DNA of 64,000 bases. Source: Paraspadella gotoi. Lineage: Eukaryota > Animalia > Chaetognatha. Every line of letters begins with the position of its first letter. Position 1 is the first letter of the stretch. A model generated the notes under the pieces. That model ran no database searches. It saw only the letters and a list, made by a program, of their open reading frames with translations, and was not told the origin of the DNA. A program made the position numbers and the translations under genes. Below are positions 38,061-51,403 of this stretch, piece by piece. Where the stretch lies: the NCBI GenBank assembly GCA_051294375.1, contig CM119269.1, positions 11,328,883-11,392,882 on the forward strand. Direction: 5' to 3'.

Positions 38061-40134
38061 TGTTGCCCGTTGCCATATTCTCTTAATTTCGTCTTAATCG
38101 CATATTATTCTATAAAATTTATCCAGTAATTATTTTCAATCAAAGAACTAAAATGATTGAGCTCGGGATAGTAAGCACTAACTTTAGTTTTATCACTTCG
38201 CCGAATCCTTAGATCTTTTCCCCCGACTTTTCACAACCAACGACTTAAATCGAACTCACACGTGCGCTCCATCCGAAGTCAACTTGAGAAAACGAAAATT
38301 AAAAAGTTCTAAATATTTTTTATATTTTATCGATGAAATTTCTTCGTTGACTTATTTGAAATTCTATTCATTTACGATAATCCATAGTCTTAAAGTTAGA
38401 TACATATTTGTTTCCTTTCTTTTTTTCCATTAATTTTTACAGAAACTTAAGCCAGACTTAAATTGAAAGACTGACGAGAGACGGTGAGCGAGAAGATGTA
38501 CCCAAGAATTAAACAGACGCATGAGAGAAAGGATGGAATGTAAAGTAAGACCCCTCCGTTTTAGTGTCTCTCGGTCGACGACCTTACCTTTCGATGATCT
38601 ATGATTGTAAACTCAAAGAAACATCGGTTGTAGCTTACCCTATTTTTTGGCACCGAAAAAAGAAACAGAGAGAAACGATGTTTACGGCGCAAAAGTTTTT
38701 TTTCTCCTCAGTCATCGGCGTTTGTCTGTGTTTCTTTTTTGTTTTGTGTTTCTCAGTTTCTTTTCTTTCCTCATTTTTTTCTCTCAAGTTTTCCGGGTTT
38801 GTTTTTTTATTTTCATTTTTTTTCTTTCTTTGTACGTTTGAGATTTTTTTTCTCAGTTCGAGGTCAACGGGTTAAGTTGTTACCTCGACGTTCTGCTTTA
38901 GCGGCGAAGAAAAACTCATAGAGATGACAGATGAGTCGAAAAACAGAGCCAAGAATAGAATTCTCTCTCTCTCTCTTTCTCTCTTCTGTTTCTCTCTTTC
39001 TTTAACATTTCTTTTCCATAGGCAAGCTTTTTCAAGTTTTTTCCCCTTTTATAACAAAGATAATCTTTTTTATGAAATTGGTACATTTTTTTAATTATTT
39101 TAATTTTTGCTTCAAGGCTCATGATTTTTAGAACTCAAAGTTGGTGGTTCAACTGTTCAAGTGAAACTTATATCAACGACAATCATTTTCCCGGAAAATA
39201 ATTTTTCTCAATTATTAATAATGTAAGTTATATATATTCATATATATACCTTATATATGTGGATGTCTGACCTAAAACGAAATCTAAAAATAACAAAATT
39301 TATTCGACCTAGATTTTTTTTTCGACGATATGAAATGAGTATTTAACTAAAAATACCTCGAATAAATGAAATGCAATTTAAACTTAAATACACTTTTTAA
39401 ATAAAAAAAAAATCAAAATATACAGGGTGATTTTTAAAGGCTGATATAAAGTGGCTGTAGTAACAAATATAATTCTAACAATCTCCTGTCCATTCACCAT
39501 CCCTCCGCTGGTCATCGCCCTTCAAATCGACGCCCAAGGTCGGCCAGACGAGAAACACACGTTCACACTTTCAGACTTTCCAGTTCGATTTGCCCCAAAA
39601 GAACCCAAAACAGCTGATCGTGTGCACTCAGTTTCTTTTCTCCGTTCCAATCTCATTTTTCTCGGAATCTCGACGAATCTTTTTGCGTTTCCCACCTCTT
39701 GGGTTTCCGCCAATGAGGCGCGCAGGCTTTTTTTGGAGCCGACCAATCAGATCGCGCCGCTCGGCACCGAAGGAAAAACGTACAGTACGACACGTTATGA
39801 AGTTAGTTATGTTCGTGACATTTAGTCGGGTTTTAATAGAGAAGAATTATGTTCGTTTAAAACGGTGTAACCAGTTAAACAATGAAAAAAATTTAAGTGT
39901 GAGCCGATTTTATTTTAATTAGCGATCATTGACCGACCTAGAAGTTCCTTATGGAATAAAGACTCCAGCAAACAAAAATGATAACAAGCAAAAAATCGAA
40001 AGACTCAAGCCCCGGCTTAACTTTACTTATTTCTTAAGTACTCAGAATCACATTTTATCCGAGGGTCGGCGGGGGAACATTGACCTTACCAAGTCTTAGT
40101 TTATCGTTGACTACAGGCCACCAAACACCTTTGC

Positions 40135-40570
40135 GCCATCAAAGCATTAGTCCATCGCAGACCACAGGCCATACTACGCTAGTATATATTATCCACTACC
40201 TGCAGGCAACCATACTTTGACCACATACCATCCAAGCAATAGTCAATCACAGACCAGAGGCTACACTATAAGAGTTTATTAGGGTGGAACCACTTAACCA
40301 CCAATTCGTGGCATTGGTGGTTAAGTGCATGCCATCCAAGCATTAGTAAATCACAGACCACCGTCCTTTGACAATGTGCTATCCAAGCAATACTTAATTA
40401 CAGCCCACCCTTCTTTAACCACACGTCATCCAAGCATTAGTTAATCACAGACCACAAGCCTCATACCCTGTGACAACGCCCCTTCTAAGCATTAGTCAAT
40501 CCCAGACTACAAGCCGCTCACTCTTTGATCACGTGCTATCCAAGCTTTAGTCAATCACATACCACAAGCA
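40135..40570. repeat. Degenerate array of ~7 copies of CATCCAAGCATTAGTCAATCACAGACCAC with variable spacers
   Basis: Motif occurs at ~40137, 40229, 40333, 40380, 40427, 40484 and 40537. Confidence 0.75.
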
Positions 40571-42506
40571 TCACACGTTCGGTCCGCACGGCGCTGAGGC
40601 TTATCTCGACCGGCGTCGAATTTCTTCGCTCGATTTGAGAGAATCACTTGGGTCTCTCGCTTTGAATGCAGATGTGACGGGGAAACGACGACGACGACGA
40701 CGACTAAGCAAAGCGCTTTAAGTTTTTGTGGCGGAGAGACCACGAATTCGAGTCGAGATCAAACCCGGATTTATCTCAATCAACAACGACCACTGCTCCT
40801 GCCGTTCGAAACAAAGCCACTACCCGGTATAACAAACCACATCCGTGTTGACGACGGCGGGAAAATTCAAATTCAATCATGGCGGAAATGGCGAAACGCG
40901 CTCTACCTGCTCGCCGACTTTCACTTCGTTTTCCGCTCATTAATTTTATTCATGGCTTTAATTTATTTCTTTTTTTTTCCTCTTTGTTCCTTTAACGATG
41001 CTGGGGAAGGCGAGGATTGAAGGCGTAGAAAAATAGATATCCTAAGATAAATATTTTCATTGTGAACAATTACATAAAATAGTGACATCGAAAAACGCCC
41101 AATAGTATTTAGTATATTATGTATTTTTTTATGAGATAAACAATTTTATTTTGACACCATAACCGATCATTTATATCGTTTTCTCTGCATTCATTTCAAA
41201 TTTTGCACGTTCGTTGCCAACAACAACAACGACAACAACTATCTTCGTCTTCTCAATCCCACATTTTCGTTGATATTCTTTCCATTTTCCTTCTAATTTA
41301 TTTTCTTCCAGTTCCATTCCTTTCTTTGCAGCTTCTTTTCTTTTCGCCCCGTCTATCGCTCAAGTCCGACGTTCCTCGCTTTATTATTCCAACCTAAACC
41401 CTTTTTTTCTCCCTTTTTTTTTCTAGGGAGATTCTCCACTTTTTTTCCTTTTCTTTCCTTTCTTTCCTTCTCTCTCCCTCGGCGAGGAAACAGTCCTTCC
41501 CTTCCCGTATTCCAGCTGAGATCCGTCGTCGAGATTTTGTTTACTTTGGTATTTTCTCTTTTTCTTTGGTTATCAAAGCGAAAGAGAAAATTCGTCGCTT
41601 GTGCCAAACAAAAAAAAAAGAGAGTTATTTTCGGTCCGGAGATTTATTTATTATTTCTCCCTTTTGTTTGAAAAAGAAAAGAAAACAACGCGAAACAAGG
41701 AAGTTTGAAAATAGGTTCTCGGGCGGAATTTGGCTTTGGCCCCGAAGTGGGTGAAGTGTGGACGAGGAGGCAATGTTTACGGCGAGGAGGTGAGATGGAA
41801 CCGAGTGGGATTTGGTGGCAAATGGCAAATGCTGAGGGAATGCTGGAGGATAAACTAGATGGGAGATACTTGTGGGGGAATATCGTAAGGAGAGATTGGA
41901 GAATCAAACGCGAGCGGACATTGTGGAGTGGCGGTAATTCCACGCCATGTGGGAGAACTCTGTGTGGGGTAGTTCCATAGCAATCAATTCCGAAAGCGGA
42001 AAATCCCACGCCAAACAATCGTCAGGTATTATGAATTTTTGATTCGACGCTCGGATTATTTGTTAGAACATCGTGCTGCAACGCAAACTCAAATTAAAAC
42101 CCAAACGCATTAATAAGTAAGATGTTAAAAAAAGTGAGAGAATGGAACTAAATATATACATATTTAAAAAGCCAACCCGACGGAACGATTTTCTAAATAA
42201 GGACGAGAAAAAAAAAATTAAATGGTTTTTAGGAAAAAGCTTTGAACGAGAAAAGAGCGTTACGACTTCCGGAAGTGGATCTCATCTGGAGATGGCAAGA
42301 GACGACGCGAGCCTTCGTCACAAAAGCGGGAGAGAAAAAAGTCGTTTTCGCCTTCGCTCGATCCTCTTCTTCACGCTTTCGTTCATTCTTCTTTCCAAAC
42401 GTCGTTCGTACCTTCGTTGACATCGGAAATGCCGTCAGTGCCACGGAGACCACTAATTAACTCCTCAGGCGTCTTGAAGCAAAAATAGATTCCCGGAGGG
42501 GGCCGT

Positions 42507-42597
<91 letters not shown>

Positions 42598-42985
42598 TCT
42601 CTTTCGTACCTTTGCTTTCTTTGTCTCCTTTTTCTTCAATTTTGCGTGGTCTCGCAAAAGAAATGACAATTTTTCAGGAAGAAACTGGCAGACCTTCGCA
42701 GAAAAAATAATGTATCAAGCCAACAGTTCTTTTCTGTTCACTGTAAATACGTACAACATAGCTATTCGTGATGGCGTTTAAAAACTAAGAGAGCTCCGAA
42801 TTTCTATAAAAGTCAAAATCATATATACCCTAAATGTTTATTATACTAATACCTAATTCCTTTGTCCAAAGATCATTTTTCACAGTGAACCACTTTACTA
42901 CCACCCCCCTCCATCTCTTCAGTTGCCACTCCCATTCAACCCCCACCCCTTTGTCTGAAACCCCCTCTACTCCATCCCCACTCAC

Positions 42986-44070
42986 CGACTCTCCGTCGCC
43001 GGGCAAATCAAAGGCATCGAGCGTGGGCTTGAGAATCTCGGCGGACGATTCGAGATGGTCGGAGTGGTTGAGTCGCCCGAGGGGGTTTTGGAGCTGTGGT
43101 GGGTTTTCTCTCCCTAAGAGTGAGGGGCTCATTGGGTTGTGATCGGCGTCATTCGTAGAGTGGCGGAGTTGACCGTCGTTGCCAAGTTGGCGACGTCTTG
43201 CTCGGCGTTGGGCGTCACGGTTCTGTTTATTTTCTCGCCCTTCGTCGTCGTCGTCGGCGACGTTAGTCGCGTCCAAAGATTTTTCTCGAGTCGGCGCTCC
43301 CGGTTTTGTTCGGCTCGCGGCTCCGTGAAAGCCGTGACCCGACAAAGGGTCAGTTCCTAATACGGGTGACGTTGTCGTCGTCGTCGTCGTTTTCGACAAA
43401 GACGTGGAAAAGTTTCGGAGATTGGACATCGCCCTCTCTCGGTGGACGGGGAGGTGAGTGCTTTTTTCGAAGGTGAGTGCCATGTCGCTGACGGCAAGGT
43501 GAGGGCGTCTCCGTAGGACGTCTCCGTCGACAAGTGACGCCACCATCGAATCGGGAACGAAGCGGCCTTGAAGTTTCGTGGCCACTCTTGTTACAGGGTG
43601 CGAGTGGCGCCGTATCGTTGAAAGAGCGCCGCGGCGTCGTTTTCGTGCCAAAAACGCCGCGGGTCTTGACTCGATCTTGGCGTTACGGCGCTCAGGGGTC
43701 GAGGCAGCGTCTGGCACGGGCAACGGGGCGTCCTCTCCGGGCGCCGAGGCGTCGTCGGTTTTCGATGACGCAATAAAAACGTCACCTGCTGTAAAACCGC
43801 GAGAGCGGCGAAGAAAGGGAGGCCGAGCGGAAACTCGGTCGTCGTTGTCGACGTCGTCGTTTCTTTTGCCACTTTCGTTGCCGTCGGCGCCGCCTTGTTT
43901 GCCGTCTTGTTTGCCATTTGGCGGGTTTTCCCTAGACGCGAACGTTTTCCGGCTTCGGAGGGAATTGTGAGAAATCGGCGAAGCGAGAACCGGGGAAACG
44001 GATAATTTCGGCGGCGGCGACGACGACGACGACAAAGTCGACGTCGTTAGAAACAGAGGCGAAAACGAAA

Positions 44071-44109
<39 letters not shown>

Positions 44110-45107
44110 TGGGAGTGAGGGATCGTCGGTTCGACGTCGGTTGAGTGGGTGGTCGGGGTGACCGGGTGGACGCGGAGTGGTGCGGCGATGACGAGGGCGA
44201 CGGGAGACGGAGAGACGTCGACGGCGAATTTTCTTCGTCGCCAAAGGTTTTTCGTCGCGATCTTCGTCGTCGTCGTCGTCGTCGTCGTCGATGTCGTTGT
44301 CCTCCTCCTAATATTTTCGCATTTCTATTTTCTATTTTCTTATTTTTTTCGGTTTTACCAAATTCCTCGTTCTTTCTTATTTTCTCTGGGGAGGGATCCT
44401 TCTCGAGGCCGCCGCCGCCGCCGCCGCCGCCACCGCCGCCACCGCCGCCGCCGCTTTTGATGCCGCTGTAGTTTTTGTTTATTTTAAGTTTAGACGATTT
44501 TTTCGCCTCATTAATCGAAGACGGAGGGAAATTTCTTTTCTTTGGTCCGTAACCGTCTTTGACGTCGTCGTTATCGTCGTCTCCGTCGTCTTCAACGTCT
44601 CTGTCTCCTTTGTCTTCTTCAGTCTGTCTCGTTGTTCTCAGTTTTCGCGCATAAATTATTTTCATCGAGCCAGTTTCGTCGTCTCCTCTTTCGTCGTCGT
44701 CGCCTCGCCCTTTGATTTCTTTGCTTGCCGCAAGAGGTCGACGTCGGCGCCATAATTTTTCGGCGACGCTTTTTTTTGGTTTCGAAGGCGAAAAGAGACG
44801 ACGTCGCTGCCCTTCCTCTCTCTGCTCTTTCTCCGTCTCCCTCTCTGTCTCCCTCTGCATCGCTTGCTTTTCCTTCTTCTCTCTTTCCCTCTTTGGATTT
44901 TCACAAACTTTCTCTCCGTTGGTCTTCTCTTCTTCCTTCTCCTTTTCTTTTCTTTGCATCTTTTTCTCCCTCTTACTTTTCTTATTCCCCTTCCTTACCA
45001 TCGCCTCCTCTCCCTTCCTCTCTTTCTCCTCTTTCTTCTTCCTCCAACTCGCCCTTCCTACATCGATGGGTTTTCCATTATCTCTCCCCGATGATAATTC
45101 CACGAAT
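42986..45107 (-). CDS. Cadherin gene exon E2: ~707 codons of K/E/R/S/D-rich low-complexity sequence
   Basis: Corresponds to the 757-aa ORF 42830..45103. Acceptor ttttctCAG|A (phase 2) and a perfect donor TCG|GTGAGT at 42986/42985 (phase 0) join in frame to E3 (..LPGDGES|PRDVF..). A 2.1-kb stop-free frame is unlikely by chance. Confidence 0.75.
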
Positions 45108-45177
45108 CTGAGAAAAATAATTAAAAAAAAAAAGTTTGTCGAAACACAACCGTATTAATAAATTTCTGATCTATCAC

Positions 45178-46169
45178 CTGTTTATTCTTTTTTTAATCTC
45201 CACGTCGTTTCCGTCGTCGTCGTCGTCGGCGTCGTCGTCGTCGTCGTCGTCGGCGTCGTCGTCGTCGCCCCTAGCCGTCACCGCATGGGTATTCCTCCTT
45301 TCTCCTTGACCTCTGACCCCGGCGAGAAAAGAAGCGAAAATCCGTGTGGGAGTCGAGGTTTTGTCCTCGCCACCGCCGCTGAGGCTGAGGCTGCGTCGGT
45401 CGCGGTCTACGCAGCTGCTGCCGCCGCTGACGTTTTTCTCTTCGACTTTTCTCTTTTCGCTATCGTCGATGACGTTATCGACATAGTAGTAATTGTAGTT
45501 TTCGTCTTTGTCGACGTCGTCGTCGTCGTCGCCAACGATACCGAAGCGAGACAACGATTCCCTATTTTTATTTCCAATGGCGGCATTCATTATTCCAAGT
45601 CTTTTTCTATGTGCGCTCGCGTCGTCGTCGTCGTCGTCGTCGTTGTCGACGTCGTCAGTCATCGTTCTAATTCTTGCGCTTGATGAGATTTTTTCTACTT
45701 TTATTTTCTCTTTTATTTTCGTTTCGATTCCCGAATGAGTCGATCCGAGTTTCTCGGCGAAATGAATTCGGGAGAAACGGAAATGAGATCGAAATGAGTC
45801 CGCGTTCTGGCCGAGGAAAATGTCGGCCACGGCGAGTCGAGCCGACAGATCTTCGCGGCCGACGTGGCCGACACTTTTCTCGTTTTTGTTGTTGTTTTCC
45901 TTGTGCTCGTCGTTCGAAGAAGCGACAACAACGACGACGAAAGCGAGAAGCAAAGAAAATATTTTAATGAAACAAAACGACGACGAAGACGATGATGATG
46001 ATACTGAAGACGATGCGGAAAATCCGGGTGGATGTCGGAGATTTTGAAAGAAGGGAGAGGGGATAGAAGGGGGGGAGTTGAGCGGAGGGGGGATGGAGGA
46101 GAGGAGGAGGAGGAGGAGGAGGATGGCGGATGAAAGCGACGATCCGCTTCTCGTTTCATGACACGTCCT
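45178..46169 (-). CDS. Cadherin gene exon E1 (5' boundary uncertain), with signal-peptide-like segment and acidic tracts
   Basis: Corresponds to ORF 45174..46310. Donor AACAG|GTGATA at 45178/45177 is phase 2 (AG+A=Arg), leaving a 70-bp intron to E2. Hydrophobic FCFIKIFSLLLAFVVVVVASS is followed by polar NDEHKE. A candidate acceptor ccaaCAG|AGG lies at 46170/46169 after a (CT)n tract. There is no in-frame ATG upstream of the hydrophobic segment. Confidence 0.6.
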
Positions 46170-46194
46170 CTGTTGGCGGGAGAATAGGGTGCGG

Positions 46195-46278
<84 letters not shown>

Positions 46279-46392
46279 ATTGACTTTTCCACATTTTTTC
46301 TTTTTTTCAAAAAAAGAGAAAAAATAATGGTGGCAGTTTTCTTTCTTGCTTTTGTACTTTTCCCTTATTTTTTTTCAAGCTAGCTGTGTAAT

Positions 46393-46426
<34 letters not shown>

Positions 46427-46757
46427 TCTCTCTCTCACTCTCTCTCTCTCTCTTACTTTATTCTTCTGAGTAGTGGATCTCGTTATAAGTATTCAGTCGG
46501 TTGAGATTCGTATCGCGTTTTCATCATCGGTGCAACAATTTCCGTCGCTAAGGAATCAGAGATGGCACGGCGGCGTCGGAAATGGGCGTGGCATCATTGA
46601 AGTCGGTTGGGTTTACAACGCGTCGCTTCGTAGAAACGCCGATAAAGTTCAGGATTCTAGGTAATCGTTTCGACTGAAATATTTTTTTACAAAATAGGAG
46701 AAATTAATCAATATCTTGCAAGAGTTAATTGAATATCAAAAAATTAGGAGAGAAAGA

Positions 46758-46884
<127 letters not shown>

Positions 46885-47564
46885 TATGTTCCTGACGTTT
46901 TTGAAACTCGTTACAAAATCCTCCTCCTCTCGGCCTCGACACCTATGATCGCCAACGAACGGGCTTTTAACAGCCTCCCGAGAGAGAACATCTTTTCCAC
47001 CTATGAAAAGTTAACATTGCTTGCATAATCATCTAATGAAAACGTTATCTTAAGCTCAAAAAAGTGAACAATGCTTGCACCCTTATCTCGTTAAAACATT
47101 TTCTTTAACTCAAAAAAAGTGAATAATGCTTGCATCCTCATCTCTTGAAAATTTTTTTTTCCGGCTCAGAACAAGTGTTTATCCTGCACCAAAGTCAATA
47201 AAGAACGTTTTACTACTCTCAAAATATGAACAATGTTCGCGGCCTCATTCGAGAAAGAAAATGTTTGTCACCTCTCAAGAGGTGAACATTGCTTTTATTT
47301 ATTACAGAGTGTTTTGAACCAATAAATAGTAAAAAATGCTTTTATTCTTAACGATAAGACCTTTTTTTCCCTCAAAAAGTGTACATTGCTATCCTACTTA
47401 ATTAAGAAAGATCAAGTTTCTTTACTTCCAGAAAGTATTATGTCTTGCATTCTCATTGAGAGGAATATTTTCGAAATATATATTCTGACAACATTTATTT
47501 TTTCCCTAGAAAAATGTAAAATTTCCTTGAATCTTTTAATATCTTTCATTACCATCTTGGAAAA

Positions 47565-48148
47565 TGAATAAGTCGCCAATATTTTTTTACTTTCAGTAAC
47601 TGTTACACTTTTTTATTTAAAGTTAGAAAAAAAGATTTATAATGTATATAATATATTCATATATACAATAAGAAAATAAATATATATAAAAACTAGTTTT
47701 TTCTGATTCAAATGAGTCTATTTTGAGCGTAATATGAAAGAGAGAGGAATAAAAGAAGGTATATGAAAACATTCTGCTTTAATATAATTTTTTTAAATTT
47801 TAAAATTTGTTTTCTCTATATATAAGTAAATGTTTAATTGTTTATTGATATAGCAATGCTTAATACTAGATTCAAATGATGTATAGATTGAAACCCCCAG
47901 AGGTTATATCAAGTATAAGTATATTAATATATTAAAAAATATTATCATAAGATGATAAATGATTGTTTTTAAAATATTGTCATAACAAATTAGGCCAGAT
48001 TTTTCTTTACATTCTTCTTTTCATTTCAATCTCACACCTATATTTATAATCAAAAGTCATCAAAAAATAGCTCATTCGAATCACAAAAAGTAAATTTTGT
48101 TGGATCAAAGGGGTCAAAAGTTAGTCCAAAATTTTGGCGACTTATTCA
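47565..48148. mobile_element. MITE-like element with ~20-bp terminal inverted repeats
   Basis: TGAATAAGTCGCCAATATTT (47565-47584) pairs with AAATTTTGGCGACTTATTCA (48129-48148) with 1 mismatch. A second inverted pair is gattcaaatgagtctatttt (~47705) / aaaatagctcattcgaatc (~48063). The interior is AT-rich. Confidence 0.55.
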
Positions 48149-50381
48149 GGAGAAAATATCTTTTTACGTCGAAAACTGAAAGCATATTTCCTAATCTCCC
48201 ACAATAGAACAACTTTAAAAAGATAATATTTGGCTATTCAAAAGAGAATCTATTTTCCACTCTCGTTCGCAAGAGAATTTTTTTCCCACTAACGCTAAGT
48301 GACAAATATTTATTTACTCTTCATTAAAAAGAGCCGATTCGCTCTCTCGTTTGAGGGAATTTTCTTTTACTTGGTTGTCACAATCAACTGTTTTAAAATA
48401 TTTAATCTTCTTTTTATCCGTGTTTTAAAGTTTAGTCTAACCTAGTAAAACAAGCAATTTTTGAAATTTTCTTTGACAGCAACAGCGAGACTGGAGCCCC
48501 GGTGCCGTTTTCCAAAAAGAACTGACTCACTGCAGCCGATTTGTGGAAGAAGAACTCAATTGATCTCGAAGTCTCTACTTGGCTTCATCTCACTGAGAGA
48601 ATCCAAATTCATTTCTTTGATTTTTCTTTCAAGGGAGTTTAAACTTTACTTTACAATCATAAGTATCTTTCAATTCCTTCCGCCAAGTTTCAATATCAAC
48701 TTGATTAAAAAATATGATTGCCATATTTTGCAACCCATGTTTGAACTATTTAGGTGTGAACGTAAAAATCGCCGATCGTGTATAACTGAATCACGAGTGG
48801 ACATATTATTTGGAAGAAAAAGTAAGCGAAATCTAATACCAGGTTGAAGTTTAATGAATTAAAGTTGACCAGATAAGAGGAGAAAGAGAGAGAGAGAGAG
48901 AGAGAGAGAATCTTCTGGTCTCTTCTCCACCGTTACTTCTGATCGTCAAACTTCGATCCGGATACCGGATGTAACAAAATCGTCCTTTTCTCAGAATTTC
49001 CTTCTTTTGTCGAGTTCTTCCATTTTTTTTTTTGAAAATCCCGAGTGGCTTAAAGATTGACTAATCAACGTCGGAAGAGACAGACGGATCGGAGCTGAGG
49101 GTCGAGAGAATTGAAAGCCGCACATCCACAAAGGGAAAAAAGAAGGGCTCTTTACATTTTTTGGTTTTCAACTCAGAAATTCAGATTACAGATTGGTCTT
49201 TGTATCAACAGATTCATCTAGTATTATTGTTGAAAAGATTTAATATGATATGGTGATGCGTTTCTGATTGTTCCTTTCCATTATACATTAAGCTCGCTTC
49301 CATTTTTTTCTCCTTTTCTGTAATCCCCCCCCTTTTTTTCCCTTTCTTTTTCGTATCACATGTATTTCTTTTCAATTTTTCTTTTTTTTTCTTTCCATTC
49401 ATTCATTTCCGTCTCGTGCTTTTCTGTTCCCTTTTCATGGTGGTCGTCTTAGTTTTTAATATATTAAAAATTTCTTTGTTAACTGGAAAAGAGGAGCTTA
49501 TTAATATTATTAATTATTATTAATATTATTTCCTAGGACAAATTTAACTTACAACTTTAAATATTAAAACCAAATTTTAAAAAATCTAGTTTTTTCCAGT
49601 CAATTATTCGACGTCGTTTTTTGGGTGGGCACGGATGGTCATTGCTCACTGCTAAGCGCTCTCTGGTCAGTGGCTGAGAGGCTCAGGTCATCCTGCGGTT
49701 ATTTTGAAAAAAGAACAGAGGTCGAGGTCGGCAGCTTCATCCTCCTCTTTTCTGCAGGGACATTCTATTCTTTTCCTCTTGATTATGTTTATTTTTGTTT
49801 TCTTTATCCAGTATTAGCCCATTCTTCCTTCACTGTGCGGAATCTTATTTTAGATTTTTTTCTATTTTAATTTTTCTCACCAAGTTTCCACGCCCACTTC
49901 ACTTCACGCTCATTCCCGTTCAATATTCATTCTTCTTTCCTCTTTACTATTTTTTTCCCGTTTGAACCCATAACCACTTTTCACTCTTCCCTTTTTCCCA
50001 TTCCCCGGCTCCATTTCCTATCCATTTTGCCTTTTTTTTTTTCTAAATCCTACTGGTGGCGCCACGAAGGTTATTCAGCGGCGAAGGAGGAGCGAAAGAA
50101 GACGGGGTCGGAGAAGAACGTGACTAAAAGGCGGTCGACGAGGTCGTCGTCGTTGTCGTCGTCGCTGTCGTTCTTAGCGTAGTTATTGTTGTCGTTGTCG
50201 GCGTTGTCAGCATCGTTGTTAATTCTCTCATTCGTACAAACGGCATAATTGAAATCATTCCTCGCTTTTGACGCAAAAAAGGATCAGATAATTTGTATCA
50301 AAAAAGTTCTCTGATCCTACGAACGATTTTTGAGTTTTATTTGGGTGAGAAACTGCTCGTGAATTTTTTTCATTCGTATCA

Positions 50382-50498
<117 letters not shown>

Positions 50499-51014
50499 TT
50501 TATAATATTCTCTTACGCACACACAGGATTCGTCTAGTAGTATAGTGTAACAAGTAATCCTGCCATTTTCATATCCCAGACACACGTATACTCACACCAT
50601 AGCTAACTTACCTTTTCCGTCATTTAGTTCTAATCCAGAAAAAAATAATTTATCCAAAAAGGCAAAAATTGTTTAGATAATGCTGCAAAAAATAAAATAA
50701 ATTCGCTGTTTTGGTCTCAAATTGCTTCTCTGAGAAATAGCGACAATCTTTTTTTCCAAAAACACGCGTCGCTGGTTTTGTTGTTGTTGTCGTCGTTGTC
50801 GTCGATGTCGTCGTTCGGTTTTGTTGTGAAGATTTTTTTTTCTCTTGGAAGCGTCATTAAACGTTTCCGAGTTTCGTTCGTCGCGGTCTCTCTCCCCGGA
50901 GGAAGTTTGGATGGAGTCTGAGCGGATGTTGATATTCGAAGGAACAAATTAGGTCTCACCTTGACTAATGAAAGCGCGGGAATTATCAATAGCAAGGAAG
51001 AAAAAACTTAACTA

Positions 51015-51153
<139 letters not shown>

Positions 51154-51356
51154 TTAATTTCTTTTTGCGATGCAGTGACTCAAAAAAATTATCCATATGT
51201 CGAATTACACGCCGGTGGCTTGCATTTTACAAAAATTTTATATGAAATTGGTACAACCAATATATATTATAATTGGTTTCAGAGAGGGAGAGAAAGAGGG
51301 AGAGAAAGAGAAAAAAAAGAGCGAGGAGATAGAGAGGGAGAAAAAAAAGAAAGAAG

Positions 51357-51403
<47 letters not shown>

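Noticed and set aside
40135-40570. CRISPR array
   Set aside because: The context is eukaryotic, the repeats are degenerate, the spacers are mutually similar and of very unequal length, and there are no cas genes.
42834-46047. Plus-strand and alternative-frame ORFs overlapping E1/E2
   Set aside because: They are antisense or shadow ORFs of GC-rich low-complexity coding sequence.
50050-50270. Upstream coding exon of the cadherin
   Set aside because: It is GAC-rich and exon-like, but the minus frames I translated end in stops and I found no compatible donor.
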